From IMG/VR virus record IMGVR_UViG_3300020379_000013, positions 1 to 45,794 of that record: a DNA stretch of 45,794 nt; one strand, given 5' to 3'. Of the stretch, positions 1-11,700 are shown piece by piece. The position numbers and the translations under genes are program-made. The number at the start of each line of letters is the position of its first letter. Positions within the stretch are counted from its first letter, which is position 1. The notes below the pieces were generated by a model. That model was not told where the DNA came from and made no database searches. It saw only the letters and a program-made list of their open reading frames with translations. The stretch is from a virus. Its lineage: Duplodnaviria > Caudoviricetes.

Positions 1-3000
1 GTCGAACTGTGCAACTGTAGCACCCTGTGAGTTCTGTTTTAAGCCAGGTCTAGGAACGTTAGGTGTAGCAACCTTAGCACCGTCAATCTCACAACCAGAA
101 CCACCAAGGAATGATATAAGAGATGAGTTCTGAATATATGGAGATGCTTCAATAATTGGAAGATCTAAGAATGTTTGAACAAGTGGGAATGAATACTTGC
201 CTTGATCTTGTTCTGTAATCAGAGGATCAGGATTTGTAACTGTTCCACCATATGCATTACCACTAGACAATACGTTGTCTAAGATACCCCAGTTTGTAGT
301 CAGTGCGGATACAACGTTAGCACACTCAGGTGCAGATGAATCTACCGTAATAGAACCATTTGATCTAGGTGTGATTTGTGAGAATTGACCACTCTCTAAA
401 TTATTTCTTATTGCGTCTATTGATAGTTCTTTTGCTGCAGCAAATATTGCACGAGTGTAAGTAACCTCAGTTGCAACGTGTTGAACACCACTAGCACCAG
501 AGATGTATAAGTTTGCTGCCTCAACAATTTTAGAGTTACCACCATAACGTAAGTCATACTGGAATGCTCTCGTAATCTTCATTACGTCATCAATACATTG
601 CTGATCGCCAGGTGCAACTGTTCTTGTAACTGATGCTACAGAACCTGGTGTAGTTCCGCTTCCTATTGCTGTTGTAACGATGTCAAAGAAGGTTGTAATT
701 GATGAGATAACGTTTGCACAAGAAGGGTTAGTTGCAACCGTTCTAGTGGCATGTGACATGTTATCGTTGGCAATTGCAGTATCAACGATTGTGAAGAAGT
801 CATCAATCAATCCTTGCTCTACAGTTGTTCCTTTATTATTGTTATCAAGAACCTGAGTGAATCCATGATTGCCTTCTATAGTTCCGATAGAGTCACTAAT
901 AGCAACTGTTCTAGCAAGTGTTTTTGCTATTGCAAACACTGCACGTGATTCTGTCTCTTCACCGTCTAGGAATGTAGATGATGTGTATAACGCAGCAGCA
1001 TCATAAACTTGCTCGTTACCACCATATGCTAGGTTGTATACGATAGTTCTTAGTAGATCTAATACGTCATCAATACAGTTTTGATTTCCGCCAGGCACAT
1101 TGTGTGATGGGTTATCAATGTTGTATCTTTGAACTGCCTCAAATGCAATTAGGTTTAGGTTCTTTTGTATAAGAGTTGCAGCGTCACGACGAACTGTTCC
1201 TGCACCTACATCTAAAGTTGCATTATGATAATACTGTAGTTTTGTAGCATGAGGATTTCTGTATAGAGGTAAATTTCTTCCTGCTAAAATACAAGCATCT
1301 TTCGCATATCCGAATACTTCTGCATAACGATCTCTTGTTAATGAGAAGCCAGGATCAATATAGAATTTTGCTTGATCGAATACTCTATCATTACCACCCC
1401 ATTTAAGGTTATGTGCTACACATTTTTGAATGAAGTCTCTAACGTCATCGTAGCATGCTGTGTTACCTGTAGGAATTGTGTAACCACTATTAGCAGCAAG
1501 CATTTTATTGACTGCATAATCTGCAATCATATCTGCGTTACCAAATAGTAACTCAGAAACATCACCGTATTTGTTATCTACTGGTTTGCTGTTTGGAGTT
1601 CTAAATGGTTTTTGTAAATCTGTAAACTCACCTACGGATCCACTCTGTCCATTCTGTGAGTTGTCTGGTAAATCTAGAACAAATTCTCTGTCATCATAAA
1701 TGTCCTTAATACCATAAGTTCCATTGATGTTTGCATTACCAGAGTTTGTAATAGTTACGGTTGTTAATGCTTTCTTAACTGAGTTAGTTCCTGCACTTAC
1801 AAATGCATGTGTTGAAGTGTCAGATGATACACCAACATTAACAGTAAATGTATTTGTTGTCTTTGCAGTAATCCTTAACCACTTATCAAATGCAGGGTCA
1901 CCGCCTCTAGGATATGGATGGTTTGTTGCATTACTATCTGTGGCACAAGTCATTACGATTGCACCCGCATCAAATTTAATTAAATCACCAACACTAAATC
2001 CATGACCATTGACAGTTACTACAAAGTTACCGTTGCTAGGTGTGTAAGATGCGTTAGTAGGAGTATGCTGACTGAAGTTAGGATATAAGTTATGTCCTTT
2101 CTGAACACGAACTGTTAATGCATCACCACTTGCAGACCAAGAAGTAAGACCTCTTGTTACTGTGTCTGCGGTTTGTCCAAAGTTTGTTCCACCAATAGTA
2201 AGTGCAGAACTACGAGTAGCGGATGATTCATAATAATATTTGACATATGCTGTTGCCTCCTCTGCAATAAATTCTTGGTTGTTTCTGATATTCTCAGCAC
2301 CATCTCTGAATCTATCACTTTGATTGATAGGAGTAAATCCGTAAGGAGAGTTACGTAGAGATGCTAGAACATAGTTGTTAGAACCAACAACAGACTGGTC
2401 ACCAGTTGGGTTGAGACTAGCACTAATTTGTGATAGGTTTGCTCTTACAACAAACTGTAGTGAGAAACCATCAGCACGTTCTATACGATGTGTAATATAT
2501 TTTCTACCGTTAAGATCTTCTAAGTTATCAAGAATAGAAACGCCAGTTCCAGATGATGATGTAACATCACTAGCAGTTTCAATATTTGCTTGCTTTAATA
2601 CAAATGTAACTGTAGTGTTAGAACTATTATAACGACCATAACCTAGACCTAAATCAGAGTTTGATGGAAGTGTAGGAGTTCCAGCTCCTAGATCAAATTG
2701 TCCAATATGATATGTCTTACTAAATCTTGCATCAGCGTTAGGGAAGTTAAATGTAATACCAGCTTGACCTAATGATATTAGATTAGCAAATAAAGCACTT
2801 GTTAATGTATTGTCTACACCTGTGACTGTAACAGTAATTAAACCACCACTAATAGTGTAACTTGTGTTTGGTGATGCACCAAATCCTAATGCAGTATTCT
2901 GGAAACCATAGATGTTAACTTCTTGTCCAACTTCATAATCGTGGAAGTCAGATGATGCAGCAGAAGTCGCTAGATTGAATATAGGACCGTTGTAGGTTGA

Positions 3001-5130
3001 TATAGTGCTTAGAGATGAATCAATTGTTGTAATTGATAATACCTTAGTCTGTAATTCAAATCTTTGGAAACCTAATCCTGCAGATGTTAGAGGTAGTGTT
3101 ATTGGATTATCAGCACCCGATGCATCCTTCTGTGTTGCGTTAGCAGCAGATGCAGCAAGTCTAAACCAGTTAGGACTTTCTACATAAACAAAATATGCAG
3201 TGCCATCAACAAGACCACCGATACCGCCCATCTTACCTTGACGATATACAACACCATCTCCAGTTGTAAATTGATGATTTGTAACATAAATGTGATTGTC
3301 TTCAAACATCACATTACCAGTTGTTAACTGATGGAACTTATCATCAGGAGATACACCTGTAATATCTTTTCTACCCTGAGTTATCGTTGTGTTAGCAATT
3401 GCATTTGCTTCAAGGTCATATAATTCGATAGTATTATCATCTACCTTTCTTACCCAATAACGTGTGCCATCAATTAAACCTGGCAATGGGTTTGTATTCT
3501 CATCTTTTTCATACAATACGTTATCACCAGTTACAAAACCGTGTCCAGTAATTGTAATTCTATCAGTGGTAGTATTGATAAAGTTAGTGCTTCCTCTAAA
3601 TGCTACTGTTTCTCTCTCAGTATCAATAGTATGCTGATAAATTTGGTTAGAGATTGTCTCTAATTCTGGTCTTAATGACTCAGCATCTACAACGTCAAAT
3701 CTATCTGATACACTTGGGTTATTAATATCAGTAATAATATTAGCAAGTGCTGTTGCATCATAAAATACTTTTTCAGCGTCTTGGAATACGTCGGTAATGC
3801 CTGACGTAATCAATACTGTTACAGTTCCAGTAGAGTATGGTGATGCTACAGGACCTGTGAAGTTAATAGCTTGAACTACACCCTGTGTTCCTGATGATCC
3901 ACCTTGTAGGAAATAACCAACTTGTAAAGTTACATTGTCACCTGTATGGTTGTTAAATGTAATACTGAAGATGTTATCACCACGGAATTTATCGCCAGGT
4001 ATTGCAGGAATCTGTTCTACTTCTGGTTCGTAGTATAATCTTTGTTTGTCATCAAATACAAACGCAAATTTCCATGTATGGATTACTGTGCTTTGTGGAT
4101 CTGATGCGTTCTGTAATGCGTCTCTGAATACAACACCAAAGATGTATGTTTCGTTAGACGCCTTGATCATATGACGATCTTGGTTAGCTGGTCTAAGAAT
4201 TACTCGTCTTAAGTTGTCACCAACAAGTGAACAGTTTCTAGGTAGTGATATTGGGTTATCTTCTAGATACTCACCACCAGATACAATAATTGTTACGTAT
4301 TCATCACTTGCATCGGGTGTTGCTTTCTGCAAACCATAAGCAATTTGTGCTGCTTTCTTAACAGTTTGGACTGGTCTAGCAGCTGAACGACCATCGTTTA
4401 GATCACTACCAATGGTTTGTGATACGTATACACGACCACCAGTGTCATTAGTAGCAACTTTATATACAAAGTCAGTGGTAGCAACCCTTCTGGACTGATC
4501 ACTTAGAGGAGGTGTGTCAGCAGTTGGGAAGAATGTTGTGCCAAAAGTAGGACTTGTAACGTCTGTATCTTCAAAGTTAACTAAGTTTGGAGCACGAAGA
4601 TTCAACGCAGGGTTGATGATAGTGTCAATATCAAGGTTTGTAACCTGTGCAGTATCAGAAATGATAGAACGAGTCGTTCTAATCTGTCCCTCAACGTCTA
4701 GCTCAAACTGAGGATCGTTAGTATTGATACCAACCCTAACGTTTTCCTGTGCATTTTTGTCAATATATATTGCATCTTTCTCTAGAGCACCAGTTCCTAC
4801 TGAGATTTCTAGTGACTCATCTCCTTGAATACTTAATGAACGAACTCTTTTATATGCTAGAGTCGCACCCGCTGTAATTACACTATTTGCTGAACCTACA
4901 AAACTTAAATTATCGTCATCTACCTTAGTTACTATAAACTCTCCATCTACCTCACCACCACTTGTGAAGTCAATGTATAATTTTTCTGTCCCTATGATAC
5001 CGTGTGCAACAGTAACTATATTACCAACACCCGCAGAAGTTCGACTGTAGGTGGCGTTGACCCAATTCCCCGTCGCTTTAGACCCAGATGCTTCAATCCT
5101 TTGTTGGTCGGTATTAATCTGAAAACTCAT
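1..5130 (-). CDS. Giant virion structural/fibre protein (partial, >=1710 aa, 3' end beyond window) with split beta-helix-like domain and three phycobiliprotein-like helical modules
   Basis: Absent from the ORF track because no stop is reached. ATG at 5130 with AGGA SD. Hand translation of 5130-4020 and 2340-1 is open: MSFQINTDQQRIEASG...GRVYVSQTIGSDLNDGRSAARPVQTVKKA...GEYLEDNPISLPRNCSLVGDNLRRVILRP...GATVAQFD. The YVS..GSD.NDG/GEY.E/GDNLR motifs parallel those of the neighbouring 2415-aa protein. Confidence 0.9.
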   Translation of the reverse strand, partial: MSFQINTDQQRIEASGSKATGNWVNATYSRTSAGVGNIVTVAHGIIGTEKLYIDFTSGGEVDGEFIVTKVDDDNLSFVGSANSVITAGATLAYKRVRSLSIQGDESLEISVGTGALEKDAIYIDKNAQENVRVGINTNDPQFELDVEGQIRTTRSIISDTAQVTNLDIDTIINPALNLRAPNLVNFEDTDVTSPTFGTTFFPTADTPPLSDQSRRVATTDFVYKVATNDTGGRVYVSQTIGSDLNDGRSAARPVQTVKKAAQIAYGLQKATPDASDEYVTIIVSGGEYLEDNPISLPRNCSLVGDNLRRVILRPANQDRHMIKASNETYIFGVVFRDALQNASDPQSTVIHTWKFAFVFDDKQRLYYEPEVEQIPAIPGDKFRGDNIFSITFNNHTGDNVTLQVGYFLQGGSSGTQGVVQAINFTGPVASPYSTGTVTVLITSGITDVFQDAEKVFYDATALANIITDINNPSVSDRFDVVDAESLRPELETISNQIYQHTIDTERETVAFRGSTNFINTTTDRITITGHGFVTGDNVLYEKDENTNPLPGLIDGTRYWVRKVDDNTIELYDLEANAIANTTITQGRKDITGVSPDDKFHQLTTGNVMFEDNHIYVTNHQFTTGDGVVYRQGKMGGIGGLVDGTAYFVYVESPNWFRLAASAANATQKDASGADNPITLPLTSAGLGFQRFELQTKVLSITTIDSSLSTISTYNGPIFNLATSAASSDFHDYEVGQEVNIYGFQNTALGFGASPNTSYTISGGLITVTVTGVDNTLTSALFANLISLGQAGITFNFPNADARFSKTYHIGQFDLGAGTPTLPSNSDLGLGYGRYNSSNTTVTFVLKQANIETASDVTSSSGTGVSILDNLEDLNGRKYITHRIERADGFSLQFVVRANLSQISASLNPTGDQSVVGSNNYVLASLRNSPYGFTPINQSDRFRDGAENIRNNQEFIAEEATAYVKYYYESSATRSSALTIGGTNFGQTADTVTRGLTSWSASGDALTVRVQKGHNLYPNFSQHTPTNASYTPSNGNFVVTVNGHGFSVGDLIKFDAGAIVMTCATDSNATNHPYPRGGDPAFDKWLRITAKTTNTFTVNVGVSSDTSTHAFVSAGTNSVKKALTTVTITNSGNANINGTYGIKDIYDDREFVLDLPDNSQNGQSGSVGEFTDLQKPFRTPNSKPVDNKYGDVSELLFGNADMIADYAVNKMLAANSGYTIPTGNTACYDDVRDFIQKCVAHNLKWGGNDRVFDQAKFYIDPGFSLTRDRYAEVFGYAKDACILAGRNLPLYRNPHATKLQYYHNATLDVGAGTVRRDAATLIQKNLNLIAFEAVQRYNIDNPSHNVPGGNQNCIDDVLDLLRTIVYNLAYGGNEQVYDAAALYTSSTFLDGEETESRAVFAIAKTLARTVAISDSIGTIEGNHGFTQVLDNNNKGTTVEQGLIDDFFTIVDTAIANDNMSHATRTVATNPSCANVISSITTFFDIVTTAIGSGTTPGSVASVTRTVAPGDQQCIDDVMKITRAFQYDLRYGGNSKIVEAANLYISGASGVQHVATEVTYTRAIFAAAKELSIDAIRNNLESGQFSQITPRSNGSITVDSSAPECANVVSALTTNWGILDNVLSSGNAYGGTVTNPDPLITEQDQGKYSFPLVQTFLDLPIIEASPYIQNSSLISFLGGSGCEIDGAKVATPNVPRPGLKQNSQGATVAQFD

Positions 5131-5145
5131 TTCGTTCCTATAAGG

Positions 5146-5679
5146 TTATGATACGACTGTTAATTCTAAGTTTCCTATCCACAAAACAGTGGATGAGGTT
5201 GTCACACTTGAGACTTGGAATGTAAAGAATGGTGCTGCCCCAATTTGTGTGGCAAATGGCACTACATTCCATGTTTCCTGACCTGGTGGATTGTTTCTAA
5301 CGATGATCTTCCTTTCAGAAGCAACGGTAGGAATACCTCCAGCTGTCGTAGTAATTACAAGGTCAAATTTTGCTGCATAAACATATATATTTGTCGTCGT
5401 CTCTTGTCCAAAAACTGTAGCACTAGCAAAGGCAACAGAGTCGTTTGCTAATGGTGGTGTGTTTCCTGCAAGAGGTGTGGTTCCATCTAATGATAGTTGC
5501 TGTGTGTTATTAGCAGCATCTGTTTGTCTTTTAAGAATGAATATATCTTTGTTTGCATCAGTAAAGTGATTGCTCACCATGTGCATTGCTGATATGTTTT
5601 TCAGAGCTTTAGAAGTGTCTAATACTTCAGTAGCATCTACTGCGTATCCTCCTATAGATGAAAAATTCTTTACGGGCAT
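5146..5679 (-). CDS. Putative virion structural protein (177 aa)
   Basis: Beta-rich ORF between two giant structural genes, preceded by a TATAAATA late promoter. Confidence 0.75.
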   Translation of the reverse strand: MPVKNFSSIGGYAVDATEVLDTSKALKNISAMHMVSNHFTDANKDIFILKRQTDAANNTQQLSLDGTTPLAGNTPPLANDSVAFASATVFGQETTTNIYVYAAKFDLVITTTAGGIPTVASERKIIVRNNPPGQETWNVVPFATQIGAAPFFTFQVSSVTTSSTVLWIGNLELTVVS

Positions 5680-5700
5680 TGTCTTAGATTACCTAGAGGT

Positions 5701-5708
5701 TATTTATA
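5701..5708 (-). promoter_or_regulatory. T4-type (gp55 sigma) late promoter TATAAATA
   Basis: Exact TATAAATA on the minus strand about 22 nt upstream of the 177-aa gene, overlapping the TAA stop of the upstream gene. Confidence 0.8.
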
Positions 5709-8700
5709 CCTTCACCTTTGTAGTTGTGAACCTACCAGTGAAGTTTGATGATGATGTCGCAGCACTAGATTTGTTTAGTGAGATAGTAACGTTACTACCA
5801 ACAACACTAATACTTGCATCCACCAAATTATTGTCAGAAGTTACTGAGTTAGTAACTGTTGCATGTGCAGTTGTCCCTGCTGCAGCACAGACGACTGTAA
5901 CCTCAAGCATGTGGACTTTACCGTCATCACTCTCAATAGTTACAAGTGTTTTTGCACCTTTAAATGCAGTCTTATCAAATGCAACTATACTTGCAGATGA
6001 TGGGAATGATGATAATTGACCACCTTCCACACGACAGTCATCTAATTCCACAAATGTTGCTGTAGAATCAAATATAGTCAAGTAGTCTGTTGTTCCTCCG
6101 TTCCAACCACGGTTGATTTTAAATCCTGCTTCAGAACCATTTGCATCAAGGTCAAGGAATGGTTTTGAATCTAATTGTGTAACATAGTCTTGTTGCAAGA
6201 CATCCATACGAGCAAGAGCAGGAGTTGTGCTACTCAATGATGCAACCTTGAATGAAACGTCATTTGCAGGAGATGTTCCACCGAGATCACCACCGTTAAT
6301 GATTATTGTCTCATCAACTTCGTAGTTTGTGCCTCCGTTCGCAATAGAAATACTAGACACATTGCCAGATCCATCTATGACAACATCAAATGTTGCTCCA
6401 GTTCCTTCAATTGTTGATGTAGATGATGTTCCACTATAAGTTTGTGATGCTGTATATGCTCCACTACTTGATGTGATAGTTCCAATACTTGCAATTGTTC
6501 CTCTAACACCTACATTTCTTAGTCTAAGACCGCCTGTAATTTCTAAATCTTTTTGTGATCTAACTTTTGCAATAGATGCATCAGATGCTTTAAAGTCAAC
6601 AGTATCTTGTCCAATGATTGTTCCATTGATATTCAATACCCCGTTAACATCAATTATTCTAGTTGTCTTAAGAGTAAATCTGTCTTTGTCTATTGATAAG
6701 GAATTAAATCCTGCATTATAGAATTCAAATGTATCTTCATCAGCTGCAGGAGCAGACTCAGTTAATATGTAAGTATCTTGGTCAACGTCACGAACACCAC
6801 CAAGAGAAACAAAGTCATTTCCGTTGAAACCTTCAAACTGCAACTGTGTAGAGTTGAATCTGATAGCACCTGTAACACGGTCTAATACATTAGGACGTTG
6901 GTTTGTAGTTCCAGATGGAATTACAAGAGATCCAGTAGAGTCAACTAAGACACTAGATCCTGTTGATGGTTTCAATACTACACCTTGACCATCAATATCT
7001 GATATGGTGATTGATCTACCACTACCACCACCTACTGCAGCAACTGTGACAGTATCACCGACTGCGTAGTTTTGACCTTTATCAACAATAGTTGCAGCAG
7101 AGAAGTCTCCTCCAGATACTGTAATTGTTAATGTAAGTCCAGTTCCACCACCAGTTGATGATGTTGCTGTTGCTGTATAAGTTCCGTTTGTATATCCTGA
7201 TCCACTTCCTGTGATTGTTACTGCAACAACTTCACCAAATGCTCTAACTGCACCTGTGCTATTGTTTTGTATTACATTTTGTCTAATACGTAATTTACCC
7301 GCATCTAAGTTTCCACTGAATAATGCAGTTCCTGTAGCAGTGTCAACTGATACAACATTAGATGTGCCATCAGTAATGTTAAATGCTTTATCAGTTCCAC
7401 CTTTAAATACAAAATCTCCACCACCCTTAGTTTCAAAGTTTAGTGGGATATCAATATTTGATCCTAGAGATTTTAATGTATTTGTATTGTCTAAAGATAA
7501 TTGATTTGTTGCAGGACCTATTACTACACTATTTGCTGATGGGTCAACCTTAAAGAATGGGTCTGTATTTCCTACAGTGCCATCTACTTGTAATGTTGGT
7601 GTATCAAATCCATTTGCATCTAATCTAAATTTCTCAACTCCTGCTACTGATATTCCGATGGAGTCAGCTCCTTGTCTGAATAAACCAGTTTGAGTTGAGT
7701 TATCAAATGCTAATGTAGGTGCAGCTGCAGTTCCATCTGCAAGTTTTGCAGTTGTCTGAACTAATGTTGTTGCTCCTACAGTTGTAAGACCACCATTGAA
7801 TGTTGCTAATCCAGTAAATCCAGATGTAGATTGAGCAGAAAATACTCCAGTAAATGTTGCAACGGTTCCTTGAACACCAGTAAATGTTGCGTTACCAGAT
7901 GATGCTATTGTATAAGAAGCAGCACCGATACCACCATCAGGATTTAATATTAATTGACTTTGACCAGCTTGACCTAATGTTAGAATACCTTCTTGGTTCA
8001 TTTCTAACTGTTTGACGCTAGAAATAGATCCAATCGTTACGGTTAAACCAGATCCTTGTGCTACACCCGCACCACCAACATCACCTAATATTAGTGTGTC
8101 AGATGCCTCAAAAGCAGATCCTCCAGATGTTACAGTAACTGCTGTGCAGAAACCTACCTTAGTGATTGTGTATTGGAAACCAGATCCACCTCCACCACCA
8201 ACTGTTGAATCATCAACACTAAGAACATCACCGACATTATATCCAGATCCTGTTAATGATATGTTATTTACCGCAGTGATACCAGTGGTATTTGCATTAA
8301 GAGTGTATTGGAATCCAGATCCACCACTACTTACTCCAAGATCATCTGCGTCTATTAATAATACATCACCTAGTGCATAGTTTGTTCCTTGTGTCACGAC
8401 TGTGACTGAAGTTACTGAACCACCAGAGATGACTATGGTTCCAGTCATCTGATCACCCGCATCACCTAATGCACCAGCTGCAATGGTAATTGTAGAGTCC
8501 TCGGACATCTGTATACCATGAACAGAGCAAGTATATGTTGTTGATGTTGAGTTTGATGATGCAGATCCAACAACTACCTCGAAGTAAGATCCTGCAGTTC
8601 CTGCTGTTCTATATTGTCTTGTTGCTATACCAACAACAGGTGTAATTACTAGTGGGTGGTTAGCGTTTGAAGCATCACTAGTATCAAAACGATATGTATT

Positions 8701-11700
8701 GTTATCTAATAATGTGAATGATGGTGCTTCTTCTGCAGATCCACTTGTGTCTATTACATATCTGTTAACGCCACCTTGTAAAGTATCTAATACTGCTGAC
8801 GCACCAGCTCCATTTGTTACAGTATCTGTTTGAGCATCTTGGAATGTTCCAGATACGCCACTAAGATATAAGAAACTATTGTCACTTGCAACGTATGTTA
8901 TGGTTCCAGTTGCACCAGAAACAGAACCAGTTACAGTGTTTCCTACAGCAAATGTTCCAGTAACACTAGAGATTGATAATCTATCTCTCTGAACAACTGT
9001 TACTGTGTAAGTTGCAGTTGGTGTGTTTCTAAAACTGAGTGTGTAAGTTCCGTTTGTATATCCAGATCCACCGCTTGTTATAGTTCCAGTAAAACCAGGA
9101 ATTACGAAATCAGCAGTAGCAGTAACTGATGGACTTCCTCCAGTAAATGCAATGTTGTTATATGTCCCTGCTGTATATCCTGATCCAGAGGCAGTTATGT
9201 TTCCAGTAAGTGATTGGATGTCAGCTTGTAATGTTCCACCGATTCCACCACCACCTGTAAATGTAAGAGTTGGTGCAGATGTATATCCTAATCCAACGTC
9301 TGTAACAGAAAGAGATGATATTCTACCTTCTTGCTCATTTAAGACTGCAACAAATTGTGCATCTTGTGTAGCATCTCCTGTTGATGGAACGACTGATGGT
9401 AAGTTTCTATATCCTAAACCTTGACCAGTTAAGGTTACTGTGTCTATTGAGAATCCAATAGTTGCATTAGCAGCAGCATTTTGTCCTGTGGTATCTCCCT
9501 GCACATTTGTTAATGTTACACTTGGGTTAGATGTGTATTCTCCACCGCCACCAACTACAATTGAATCTACAGAGAATGATAAGTCAGTTGCTACGACACA
9601 ACCAGTTCCTGCTCCTGAGTCTGTAATAGTGATAATTGGAGAGTTTTGATAACCAGATCCTGCATCAGTGATTGTAAATCCATCAACAACACCACCTGTT
9701 TGTGAGACGTTGACTGTTGCAGTTCTACCTTGGAAGAACATTTGTCCAGATCCAACGGCAGATAATCCCTGAGCAGTTCCGTTATTAGCATTCGATAAAC
9801 TTGTTGCAACTTTTAGCAAATCTTTGTCTACACGAATTGCATAGTATGTTGTTGCAGTTGTAAGACCAGTAGGTGCGACTGCAGCTGCATCTAACGTTGT
9901 AGCGTCAAATGTCATCTCCATACCAGTTTCAAAACTATGGTTTGGAATGTAGATTGTATTATTTGCTGTAGATACTACGGGTTGAGAAACGCTATTTGCA
10001 TCTGTGTAAGATGCATCTGCTTGGAACTGGTTTTGTTGAGGAGCAGCTACAGTTCCTGTAGGTCCTGCATATCCTGATCCACCCGCTTGTATAGTAATTG
10101 ATTGTAGAACACCCGCTTGTCCTAGTGTTGCGGTTGCTGTTCCTGCAGAAACCTCACCACCACCAGTAAATGATACAGTAGGTGCAATTGTATATAAATT
10201 TCCTCTATTTGATAATGTAATTTCTTTCAATGCACCTGTTGTTGTCAGTGTGCAAGTTGCTGTAGCAATTTGGAATGGGTTGGTTGTTACCTCTACTGGT
10301 TGTGCACCACCTGTATATCCAGATCCTTCTCCTGTTAAGTTTACAGTTCCTAAACCGTTCTTAAGAACAACGAATGATCTAGTAGAGAAGTTAGCAGCTT
10401 CTGATGATCCAAATACTGTAGATCCACCAAATCCTGCAATTTTTAGAGCACCTTGAACATTACTACCAAATGATATTGATTTGTTAACGTCAAAGTAAAC
10501 TGCCTCTTTAACGATTGTTTCAGCGTTAACAACAAAGTCTTCTTCACCAGAGGGGTCAACGATTACCTGACCTGTAGTAGATGTAATACTGTTACCCGCA
10601 ATTCTTAAATTACCAGTCTCAATAAACGCAGGGAATATGTTAGTTGTTCCAGTTGAGTCACTTAATGTGATGTTTGCAGCAGACTGAGCTGTTGATGTAG
10701 CAGCAAATGATACATTACCTGTCTCTTGGTCTACCGAGAATGCATCTCCAACACGGAAGTCACCGTCTTGGTCTGTTGATGAATATAATACTCTACCACT
10801 ATTAAGTTCTTCTACCTCATTATTCTGAATTGCAAGTGATGGGTCATTTGTAAAGTCTTGTCCAGAACCAACATAACCAAAGTTATGTGCTGTCAATATA
10901 AGTTTTACACCAGAACCATCCGCTTGAACACCCTTCTGTCCGTATACACATGCAGATGCAACTGAACGCATCTCAGCACCGAACTGAGAATAGTCAGCAG
11001 TGATAACAGATGTAGCAGTATCACCACCATTAGATCTAATATCAGATGTTCCACCAGAGACGTCTGTAAAGGTCGTAGAGGCGTCTGTTCCATTAGCATG
11101 GAGTAATAGCACTGTATTGATATCTGAACCATATTCGGTTGTAGTCGGAGTAAATCCTGCAGTAAAACGAGCAGATGCTTTACTTACTCTTACTTCATCA
11201 ATATGTCCGTTAAATGCTTGTGTAGGAGATGCTTGATAATCAGAACCTATAATTAATGGTTTTGTTGATCCGTAGTCATTAGCATCTGTATATGTGCCTA
11301 ACTCAGTTCCATCTAAAAATAGTTTTGTTGTGCCACCACTTCTTGCTACTGCAACATGATAGAATGTGTTTGTTGCTAATGTTCCACCATTAATTTGTGA
11401 TGTATTTCCTACTGCATAATGTAATGTAGTTCCATCAAGATACATTGTAGGTGCTGTATCTGTAGCAGAATTATCTCTAAGGTCAAATATTCTTTGTGTT
11501 CCTGTTACACTGCCAGGTCTTATGAATGCTTCTAGGCAGAAGTTTGCAGAACCAAATCCAAAGTCTTCATCAGTAGCAACTTTTACGTTATCTTCCGTTC
11601 CGTCTAATAATATAGATGCTGTTCCAAATTTCTTTTGTGCTGTATCTAACTGTGAGTCACCAAATCTACTTGTTACTTTAGCTGATTTGTTTACAGTTAC

